DNA of 64,000 bases, from assembly GCA_028534125.1 (NCBI GenBank), contig CM052818.1, forward strand, positions 12,154,001 through 12,218,000. Reading direction: 5' to 3'. Numbering within the stretch: the first letter of the stretch is position 1; each line of letters starts with the position of its first letter. Below, piece by piece: positions 51,116-62,030 of this stretch. The translations under genes and the position numbers were made by a program. The stretch is from Lama glama. Its lineage: Eukaryota. The notes under the pieces were generated by a model. That model was not told where the DNA came from. It worked only from the letters and a program-made list of their open reading frames with translations, and did not search any database.

Positions 51116-52619
51116 TCTCCAAAATCTAGAGATAATCCCTATATAAATTTGTCTTGGCGGCATAAATGGATGGGGGTATGAAAGTGCCATAAATTTCCTG
51201 TTTCTCCCAATGAACCTATTTCTGAAGCTGAGCATTGCGCTTTATTGTCATAATCCAGAAGAGAAGAAACAGGGGTGTCAGAATCCTAGTGATTCTGATA
51301 AAATGCACCTTAACTCTGTCAAACTCCAGAGCAGACCTTCCTGTGTGCTGAAAATCAGCATGGAGAAAGGGATTTATCTGGAGCTATTATAGCCCTGGCA
51401 TGTAGGTAACCCTGTCGGGATATCTAGGTCCATGTTTTGTACAAAAGAGACCTATAATGGAACCCCTGTGGAACTGTTTTCTTCTAAATTCATCCAAAGT
51501 CTTAAGTATTATGGGCTTGTTTACTCATCCGGCTAATTACAAATGATTTAACACTATAATATGGAGTAAAACTTTTTAATTTTTTGTCAATTGACTCTGT
51601 GGATGAAACATTTTCCTTCCCATTTCTCAAAGACTTGTTATTATGGTTTGTAGGGTCAACGGTTTTTACATTTCATAAAATTTCTAAGAAGATCTGAACA
51701 CAGATGACAGCAAGCAAAGGATAGAGGTTTTAATGAAACTATTCAGGAGGTCAATAATTTAACGCTTTCAGAAAGTATGTAATATCAATTCTCACACAGA
51801 TCTCTAAGATAGATTTCTTCATTAAAAATCTATTAAGAGTTAGAAGGAATTTATTAAACAAATTATTAATATTTCAGGGCACTACTAAATAGCAAATTAA
51901 AACAAAGCTAAAATAGCACAGAAAAAATGTATTTCATGATTAAAAATGAACTTCGACTTGACAGTGAGTTTTACCAAAGGCTAATTATTTCTATAATATT
52001 TCAGTTTGGAATCTTAATTTTTTTTTGCATCATGAATTAACTAGTCTGTTTTTTTAATTAAGCACTGTTTTGGAATATATGTTTCCCTCTTTAAGAAGGA
52101 AAAACACATATACACTCATACTATTTCTATTGGCTATTTTTTTTACAAATGCAAATCACCACAAAGTATAGTAAAAGGGTGCATACTTTTCTTCCTCTTG
52201 ACCATCATGTATAACCTCTGATGACTGTTAGTTTACACTCAGTATTTCAGTTTATAATAGGTGTGCATTCTATATTTATAAATTAAAAAATGTTTCCTAA
52301 AATGTTGAACACATTACAGTTTTAAGGTTTGCGAGATGTTTGCTTTATACTAAATCAAATTAATTTAAGCAACAAACTCCATGAAGTACGGTTTTATTAA
52401 AAACTACTTTGAAAGATGACACTTTAAATCTGGTCAAATATTTGGTTCAATTAATTAAAACCCTGTAAAGTGCAGTTTGACAACACTTGGTTGAATTGGT
52501 AACAATATGGTAGTGTAAAGGCTTCTAAAGAGTTTATTAAGAGCCAGTTATTTGAATTCAAACATTTTTTGAAGCATTACTTATATATGCAGAAACAAGG
52601 GAACTCATTTTGTTTTTAA

Positions 52620-53260
52620 TGCTTTCATCCATCTATCCACACATGCATGCATGTGTGTATGCATCCATCAAATTTCTTGATTATATTTTATACTAAAACA
52701 CTGCAAGTTTCTTACAGAGACATTAAGATGAAATTGTGACTATTCTCAAAATAGATTAGTTGAGGATAGGCAAAGTCATAGCTGCTGAGTTTTTAACTTT
52801 CTCTGTCATGTAATTATAATACACTGTAGAAAACAATGTGTGGCAAAAGTTGTGTCAATTTTAAGAGGCTCTAGAAGGATGGGAAGGATAGAGGTATGCA
52901 GATAGAGTAAATGGGGACCATATTCTAGGATGGAGGACCTAGGATATTATCCATGAGGACAACCATCGAAGTAGGATTCTGGATACAGGTTGTGAACTGA
53001 AGAGTCAAACAACTAGATTTGGCAGGAGTTTAGGATATCTGAAGTGGTCATAGTTGCTTCATTTAGAAATGTGAGTTGTTGATTTGAGGACAGGGGAGAT
53101 TATAACAAAAAGCTTTTGATAACAATTAGTCTGGTACAGAGCAGAGGCTGATTGGAGTTGATAGAAGACTATTATGACAGTCAGTGGAGATGTTCCAACA
53201 TAGGCTCATGACAGCTTGTAGGAATGTTAAGGGAGAATGAAGAATCAAATGGGGAGAGGA
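52620..53260 (-). mobile_element. Decayed L2 LINE
   Basis: (TCCA)n-like tail, then purine-rich L2 antisense motifs (agcagaggctgattggag...gactattatgacagtcag). Confidence 0.5.
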
Positions 53261-53289
53261 CTAGATTTTAAAGTCCTATCCAGCCATGA

Positions 53290-53545
53290 CTTAGAGAGGT
53301 AGGATAGAAAACTGGGCTCTGGATCCCACACTCTAATGTGCATGCTGGTTCCAGCACTCCTGACTATGACTTTAGGAGAGTTACTTAGTTCTGCAAGTCC
53401 TCCAAGATTTGCTCATCTGTAAAATAGGAATAATTTTATAATCTATTCAATCATGTTAATGTGATGTTTAAACAGAGTAGCATATATGAAGCCTTGAGCA
53501 CAAGGCTTCAAATAGATAAGACCTCAATAAATGTTTACCTGTACT
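53290..53545 (+). mobile_element. MIR SINE (near full length)
   Basis: gggctctggat...ttccagcactcctgactatgactttaggagagttactta...ctcatctgtaaaataggaataat...ctcaataaatgtt. Confidence 0.8.
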
Positions 53546-53698
53546 TTAATTTTTAGACATCAAGGTTCTGAACTATACAAATAGAAAGAGAAGAAAATGG
53601 GTTAGGTAGGAAAAGCAGTGATAGGGTAGAATTCATGGGATTTGGAAATTCATTTGATCATTAAATGTAGATCAAACTGGGTCAAAAGACCTCAGTTG

Positions 53699-53800
53699 GA
53701 GAAGTTATCAAAAACTGACCATTTTAAGAAACCATAACAAAAACTGAACATTGTGAGAAGTTAACAAAAGCTGAACATTTTAAGAAATCACAACTATGAG
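53699..53800. repeat. Degenerate minisatellite (about 26-30 bp units)
   Basis: Core CAAAA(A/G)CTGA(A/C)CATT occurs three times. Alternating spacers give a ~56-bp higher-order unit starting GAGAAGTTA. Confidence 0.8.
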
Positions 53801-54469
53801 GATTGGATTGCTTCTATTCAAAATTAGAAAGGGAGGTTCCAAAAAAAAAAAAAGATTTCTCTGAATTGACAAAGATTTTTAAAACTTAAATTTATGAATT
53901 AAAATATATATTTTTGTGAACAGAATTGTTTTTAAATTGTTTGCTTCAAATTTGAGGAAACAATCAGGCATTTGACTTTTTTCCATCTGAGCTAAAAATC
54001 TTAAACAAAAGTTAATCCTTTCAACATGCCTATGGACGCTGAATGAGCATTCGGTACTTAGTGCAACAGCATAGACTAGCGGTGGGAAGGAAGATTGTAA
54101 GCAGGAGGCATGGACATCACTTTTTATCATACCGCTTTTCAGTTTTAGGCTTCAATTAGAACAAAATGATCTATAGCTGTGGAAACAGACTATTTGACAA
54201 CTAAAAAAATTAGCTTATGGGATAGTTATTTTAGTAACTTAAGGCTTACTTATTAACAACTAGGATATTTGAAAAGTGCTTTCCTTTTTGACTGCTATAG
54301 TAAGTAGCTTAATAGCAATGATCACATACACAAAAAGTACTTCTTTTTCTCCCGTTGAAAACTTCAGCTATTATAAAGAAGTCATGTATGAAAACTTTAA
54401 TTAGTTTTTAATTTGTACCAAGGGGGTTAATGGTGTCACTTCCTTGTATTGAACTTCCTTATCCAAATG

Positions 54470-54705
54470 GGTGCTATGTATCAGTCACTGAACATTTGTG
54501 TGTGCTCTACACACTACAGAGGGAAACAAAATGAACTGAGACCCAGATCCTGAATTTAGAAGTTTATAATCAAACATGTCTATAACTTATACAATATGGA
54601 CTAAAGAAATAAGTGCTATTTTACCACTCTAAAGAGCCATGGAAGCACAGAGGATAAAGGGGTTCATTAAACTCCTTTGTAGAGGGAGAAATCTCTGCAG
54701 GATTC
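54470..54705 (-). mobile_element. L2 fragment
   Basis: cactgaacatttgtgtgtgctctac...ataagtgctatt...gagccatggaagcacagagga. Confidence 0.55.
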
Positions 54706-54759
54706 AGTACTCAAAATATTACCCAGCACAGAGTGGACTTTCAGAAATATTTATTTACT

Positions 54760-55290
54760 AAATTAATACTCTATAAATAAATTAATTTCCCCAGATTTGT
54801 GGTTTAAAACAACTACTGCTTTGTTATTTCTCATGGTTCCTGTGGTTGGATTTAGAAGGGGTTCAGCTGGGTGGTTGTGGCTCAGTGCCTTTCCTAGGGC
54901 TGCAGTTAGGCAGGGGCTAGAGTTATTATTGGAGCAAACAGCTGGGGGCTGCCTAGACATCTCTTTTCTTGTGGTCCAGGGCCTCCCTGTGGTTTCTCCT
55001 TTTGGGTGGGTTTAGGTTTCCTCATAGCATGGTAGCCTTTGGGCTTTGTACAGAATTTCCACAACAAGTATTTTAGTTAACTAAACAGAAGCTTCATGGC
55101 CCTTAATGATCTAGCCACAAAAGTCAGTAGCTCATAAATGCCATAACCTGTTAGTCAAAAAAGTCACAGAGCCAGCCCATTTTAAAGGGAGGGCAATAGA
55201 CCTCAGCTTTTGATGTGAAGAGTATTAAAACCTCATTTAAGAAGGGAGGAGGTAGTGTCATGGCCATCTGTAGAAAACTAAATCACCATA
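54760..55290 (-). mobile_element. MaLR LTR (MLT1F/H-like)
   Basis: gtggtttaaaacaac...ctcatggttcctgtgg...ggttcagctgggtggtt...cctcatagcatggtagcc...aagtcacagagccagcccattttaaagggagg. Confidence 0.75.
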
Positions 55291-57170
55291 ATGATGATGA
55301 TGTTAGTTTTAAGAGTAATATTCTTATACAACATTCCATTTTGCCTTTTTTTTTTAATATGTCATGAAATCTGAAAAAAAATTCAGAAGCAGATTTGGAA
55401 TCAGAAGTCAGCATAGATTATTTATGAACCCCTTAATTTCTACTCAGTTTTGTATAGTAGTTCTCCTAAATTCATATCTTTTCATGTGTCAATTCCCCTT
55501 TTAAACCGTCTATAAGCTGTGTGCTAAACATTTGCAAATGAAACAACATATTTAATTTAGTCACTCCAACCCAAAATTAATCTATCAAATCAACTCTTTG
55601 GTATCATATAACAACAACAAACAACCACCAAACTGAAACAAAGACAAACAAACATACACACAACACAAGCAATCCCTAAAAGCAAACCAAGACAAAAACT
55701 TACCACATCAGTATTTTAGTTTTCACTTGTCAACAAGTTGCTTTCATATGGCATAGAAAACAGAGTCTTATTTGATAAAGATTATGTCTCAGATTTGATT
55801 TTACCAAAATGTTGCATGAAGGTTACAACTAAATGGGTTTTGTTTTATTTCACAGGCAAAGAATCTCTCTCCAAGAGCTTTGTGAGATACATGAATTACT
55901 TCAGGCCAACGTGATACCACTTGGTGCCCCAGAGAAGCTTAATTCACTTCTTGTCATTTTGTATGCACCAATACCAAGAGAGAGTAAAAACACTGAAAGC
56001 CTGTAGTATAAACTGCAAAGCCCCTAATGACTGAGAGGATGGTGGTAATTGTCTTCTGACCATGTGACCATGAAAGCCATTCAGTGGAAAATGTGAAATA
56101 ACAGATGTTCCAGTAATGTCCTCTGATTTCTGGAACTTACAGCTCACAAAGGGAAATGTCAAGCCCTTTCTGTATGTCTATTATTATTTTTTTAAACGAG
56201 AAAGGTAAGAGAGCATGCTTTCAAAGTGGACTCCATGATACTCCGAAGTATAAAAAATTTCATTACTAAAAAAACCCACTTTTAATATTTTCTCTTTAAA
56301 AATTAAGTACCACACTTAAAACTTAAAGGTTTTTATATGCTATGATTTGATTAGCATTTTAGGACAGGGAAGCAGTCTGAAAAGAAAATATTTTGCTCTA
56401 AGTTTACCTTTATTACTGTAGTTATGGGGAAAGCTGATTATTAAAGGGAATATTCTGAAAATAGCGTGTGAATGTAGACACAGCTGATAAATAAAACACA
56501 AAATTTTATTTAAGCCATCAATAAAATATTTAAACATGCACTAATGTTTAAGGTATAATATTGCTAGTGGAGTCTGAAGGTTGTTGTTTGCTGCTAAGGA
56601 ACTGGATGCTGATTTTATTTTCAAGAGGGTTTTTTTTTGTTGTTGTTGTTGTTATAAATATCTCATAGCATCACAAGAAATAATAGCTCAGCATCTATCT
56701 CTTCGGCTGCAAATACCTTTTCAGTTCATTCATCTCCTTCATGTGTTCTGAGCTGCTAGATTCAGACCTGGGGAGAAATATTTTTCTCTTTTTCTACAGT
56801 ATTTCTTGCTTTGTTTTAGTTACCTCAATAACTCTTTCCTTTTGTTCTACTTTGGAAGGCATAGCCATTAAAGAAGTTCACAACTTATATTTTCTGTCTG
56901 AGAACCAGAAAAGTTTCTCAGCATTTTCTCAAAGGCACATGGGTAACCTTATCACTTACAAAATTCAGGCATAAACTCCCTAATGTTTTAGCTAAAAATG
57001 AGTATCTGATTCCTTTCCCGTGTAACATTCTGAGTAACAATGCTGGATATAGAGAATCATGTAAAATAGAATGATAATTAAAATACTTGTTCTGGTTCAT
57101 TCTATTGGTACTGTTTTTTCTCCCCTTTAAGAGATCTTAAATGCTTTCATTTTCAATATTAAAAATCTGA

Positions 57171-58730
57171 ATTTTTAATATTAAAACAGCTAATTTTAAA
57201 AATGACAGAAAAAAACCCCAAGGTATCATCTACAGGGAAACCCATCCTCTCCTCCTACACACTCACACACACACACTTGGGCCCTAGACTGGGGGTGGGG
57301 ACCCTCTCCAGGAGTGCCAAAACAGTTTTAAAATGACTGTCCAGCCAGTACAGGCATTAGAAAAATTGTCTTTGCAAAGGGAGGTGGGAAAGGGCAGTGT
57401 GTGGAGTGGGAGGTGGCATGGGCTGCTAACCTCACCTGTCCTCTCCCCTTGGTACCTGGGCTCCAGAGTAGCCAACTGCCTGTAGGAAGGGCCAGTCTGA
57501 ATCTGCCTCAGAGGCTCTGGGCTGAGTCCACACCCTGGAGCCAGGGTTGGCAGGTTCCACTAAAGCCTGCAAGTTAGCAGGTATGTGTCCTTGTGAAGGG
57601 CCAGACAAGAGCCAGGGGTCCTTGATCCCAGATCCAAGCAGGGCAGTTGGTGGCCAGGTTGCTAGCCTTCCTTATTTGATCAGGATGGCTAACACTAAAG
57701 CCTCGTCTTCTGCCAGGGTTCTCAGGTTCTTCTCAGATTCTCTGCAGAGCTCAGAAACTCCTTCACCACGACATCCCCTGATATGTGCAGCGTAGTGCTG
57801 TCAACTGGTGGCCACGTTGGAGGACATGGGTGAGAACATGGCTCAGGAGGCTCTAAAGTGTTAGCTACTTTGCTGCAGGCAGAATCAGGGCATCCACTGC
57901 AGCTTCCTGGGGCCAGAATGATGCCTGGGTTCCCATTAGCCTGGCCCAGCTTCAGCAATTCTGGGAGCCTTAGCTGGCACAGGAGGCATTACGGCGCCAG
58001 CTAACGTCCAGAAAGCTGGGTGGCTCTGTGACGTTCTGGACACTTTGGGAGAAGCATTCAACTCCGATGGGGAAATCAGGCAAAGGCCTTGGCAGTGGCA
58101 CCTTGAGACCCAGGAGGTGATTCTGAGGAAGTCCTCCTACCAGCTACAGAAGTAGTACNNNNNNNNNNNNNNNNNNNNNNNNNNNNNNNNNNNNNNNNNN
58201 NNNNNNNNNNNNNNNNNNNNNNNNNNNNNNNNNNNNNNNNNNNNNNNNNNNNNNNNNNNNNNNNNNNNNNNNNNNNNNNNNNNNNNNNNNNNNNNNNNNN
58301 NNNNNNNNNNNNNNNNNNNNNNNNNNNNNNNNNNNNNNNNNNNNNNNNNNNNNNNNNNNNNNNNNNNNNNNNNNNNNNNNNNNNNNNNNNNNNNNNNNNN
58401 NNNNNNNNNNNNNNNNNNNNNNNNNNNNNNNNNNNNNNNNNNNNNNNNNNNNNNNNNNNNNNNNNNNNNNNNNNNNNNNNNNNNNNNNNNNNNNNNNNNN
58501 NNNNNNNNNNNNNNNNNNNNNNNNNNNNNNNNNNNNNNNNNNNNNNNNNNNNNNNNNNNNNNNNNNNNNNNNNNNNNNNNNNNNNNNNNNNNNNNNNNNN
58601 NNNNNNNNNNNNNNNNNNNNNNNNNNNNNNNNNNNNNNNNNNNNNNNNNNNNNNNNNNGACATTGGCGACGTGGGCTGAACAGGTAATAGTGGATAGAAA
58701 CACTTTGTCTTAATGCTGACTGGATGCAAG
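57171..58730 (-). pseudogene. Probable processed pseudogene (parent gene not identified), split by an assembly gap
   Basis: GC-richer, intronless-looking block in AT-rich DNA. The minus strand gives about 240 codons of continuous protein-like text (58158 to stop at 57432-57434) with two frameshifts and two in-frame stops. It is followed by UTR-like sequence and ATTAAA near 57174-57179. Confidence 0.55.
58159..58658. other. Assembly gap (500 N)
   Basis: Exactly 500 N. Confidence 1.
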
Positions 58731-61700
58731 AGAACTTTTTTTTCTAACCCTTAAGCATGCCTTTTCACAATGGATGACTAAACAGCCACATCCAAACACA
58801 CTGGGCCACTCAGTGAGCAGGTTGGCATGTTCTTTATTTGAAACAGAAGTTAGGTATGGAGAAAGGTGGAGGAATTAGAGTATTAAAGATGGATTCTACC
58901 TGGGCTATCTGTACTGAAACATCTCTTAGTTCAATATTGTTGTATCTACCAATTGCAATTTCTAAGTCATTTTCTCACTGAAGGAGCAGTTGAGCAGGTG
59001 TAGCTAAAAGTGTCTTTAATCACTTTTGCCTTAATTTGAGAGTTTTGCAAACCATTGAAATTTAATTTTAGAATCGCATTTAGTAAGCTCAAAAAAAAAA
59101 AAAGCAAACTGGAGTTTTTGGTTTTGCTTTTACACCTGGTAATACAGTTAGGGCATTTAAAACCAAAGGGAAGTGATCACTGTGAAGAAAATTATGACAG
59201 TTCTAACGTTTAATAGATTAAAAGGTTTTATGTATATTATCTAATTCCTCTCAGTAATTGTGAAAATAAGAGAGATGTAAATGTTGCTATTTGCATTTTA
59301 TCCCAAAGTCAATAGTCTAAAATTATTAAAGAATATATATAATATATATTTTACATGCAAACACATATAATGTGTACACACACACAGAATGAGAATAGCT
59401 TAGTTTTCGCAGTTATTCAGCTTTATCATCAATGGTTTCCTTCAAGGGTGTCTTTCATGTAAGTGTCCTAGAATGTTGTTTCCCATCTTATTTATCATTT
59501 AGTTGCCCTGTTTTATTCTTTGTTTCAATTGGGTAATGTTAAGGCATTGATGGTCCAATACATAAACAAACTGACCAGAGGGGCTAGAAAAGACACAATG
59601 AGACTCATAACAAAACCCTTCTTAACTGACATTTCCCTTAAGAACACAACCTGCCAAAAAGCTGGTATTGAATCAAGAGTATATCACCAAATGGAAGTTC
59701 GAAATTGACCACCCCAGCGCACACACACAACTCCTTCTTAGAGCTGACATCTGTGTTCTATTTAGGTTCCTAGACATTGTCACTGACCTCACCATTGAGC
59801 AAATATTAGTACATCTGCTTTGCAAGAAAGCTCCCTTTGAATTACAAATATTACACTATAATTTCTAAGTTAGTGCAATAATCCATAAACATTAGGATTA
59901 CTCCCACACTACGCCAAGCGTACAAAATAAATTGAGTCACAAAATATTTGCTCCAAAGCCAAGCCCATCCTTCACATGAACAGTTTTCAAAACTGATGCA
60001 GACACACTAATGAGCAAGACTGCTGCTGATTTTTAGAACTTTTTCCTGCCCTTTGAAACCATTCTTCAGCATTAGGTTCAGGTCCTACAGTGAACTGAAC
60101 ACAAAGCTTACATTGAACACATGCAAATATATGTGTTTTCAGTAAATATATTGAAAGAGTATACCAGAGGAAATTTCACGTTACTTAATATTGTGAGCTT
60201 GAATTTTTACTTTCTTATATATATGAGTGCATACACACACGAGTGCAGACACACATACCCCTGCTGGTACACACATGCCTTGTCATCAGTGAAAATGGGC
60301 TGACGTTCTGGATTCAATGACTTTCAGTGGCATAGCCTAACCAAAACTTTTCAGGAATTTTAAAAGTCTGTGTTTTAGGATCTCCACTCATTCCTATCAG
60401 ATTTCTTTCTGAGTAGGTTCCCTTTTGATGGTCAGGATCCACATTAAGGAACATATTCACTATTCAGTAGATGTCAACATCTGTTTTAGTTTTATTTTTT
60501 AGCAGCAGAACAGCCCAGATTTTCTTTGTAATTTATTTTTGGTATCAGCATCATTCCATTTTCTCCATGCTGCCCTCCTGAAGTACATTTAAATCTTCCT
60601 TAAAATATAGTGAGCACTCTGCTAGAGAATGCCTAACTTTTAGTTTGTTTGATTTGAAATGCATAACTTGAGCAATCCATCTCAATATAATATTTGTTTT
60701 CATCACTGAAGCTCTACGTTGAGAAGAGATCTCAGAAGTTTGCTTTTTAGGATAACTTCCTAGACTGTCACGTTTCTACTTTGGACTCATTGTCTTCTAA
60801 TTGGTGTAACTTTCATACAATTTAAATTTTCTTCATTTTACTGTATTAGGGAATAGCATGAGATGATTCTAGGTTCCCAAATTCTCTATATTTAATGGAT
60901 TAAGAAAAAGAAATGCAGTTTCAAACTAGAGGCTCAGGATGAAATAGAGGACAGGGAAGTGAAAGAATCAGTGTGTGGTGTTAGCGGTGGTGGGTGGGGA
61001 ATGGTTAAGCAGTGCTGCCAAAGGGCATCTCACGTCTAAAAGCAAGACCACTGATAATTTTACAGAGACTGTTGCATGGATGCTGCTCTAAATGCCTCTC
61101 TATTCTTTCCCTATTAAGTTTCTATCAAGTCCAGGAGGAGAGTAGATGTTGATTTTCTTGGGGAGCCAATCCATCATTGCTCTGTGAGTGCCAGATTAGG
61201 TGGAGTTTGGATTCCAGTATTGCAAACTTAACATCACTTGGTTACTTCCTCCCAAGTAATCCAGTAGGTAACATGTCTTTTAACAGAGATAGTTTTTAAA
61301 GAAAGCAAGAAAACAACTGTGGGAGTAAATGTGTTGTCCTAATTGACAGATGTTTTGACCGCTAAACCGCTTTTACATTCTCAAGCTGACATATTTAGAT
61401 GTGTGTGTGTGTTTTATCAGTCTTCAGTGCTGCACTGCCTGCTAATTTAGTTCAGTCTACAATCTTGGAAATGACTTCTTTCATTCCTAGATCCACGTCA
61501 TTACTGTGAATAATTAAAAAGCAGGTTCTACCCTATTGGTAACTTCTTTCCACTTGGAAATAATTCCATTTCCTGGCATTATTGTGGTGATCACGCCTGA
61601 CCCTTCATCCAATTTGCAGGCTCTTTTGCCAGCTCTCTGCCTATGGTGGGTCTGCACTTAAAGCACTTTCCTTGTTGAAGTGTTTTCTGACAATATAAGT

Positions 61701-61949
61701 ATAATATTAACTATGTATGCAGTTCCTTACCGTATTCCTTCTTTGTGCCAATTAGTCTTTTGTGTCTATTTTTTTCCTAAATCACTCAGGCTTTCTCCTC
61801 CAGCAAAACTGAATACGTGCAGCAGTTAGTGTCCTGCCCCAAATGTTCTCTCACTAGTCTCTCAAGGTGCAAGCTTAGTGCTAGACGTTCCTTTTTCACA
61901 CTGCTTAGAAATTCTGTGATGTTCATTGTCTGTGTTATTTCCAGAAGAT

Positions 61950-62030
61950 GCGCCGCACATTTTGCTGAATTGAAATATGTATTTCTTTCGTTAAATAATA
62001 AGCTCCTTGGGGACAGGGACTGTGCCTTAA
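61950..62030 (+). mobile_element. L2 3' fragments
   Basis: catttt gctgaattgaa (L2 tail) and taagctccttggggacagggactgtg (L2 gtaagctccttgagggcagggactgtg motif). Confidence 0.45.

Noticed and set aside
53699..53800. Repeat-spacer-like pattern as a possible CRISPR array
   Set aside because: Mammalian context, only three degenerate cores, spacers are short and themselves repeated, and there are no cas genes.
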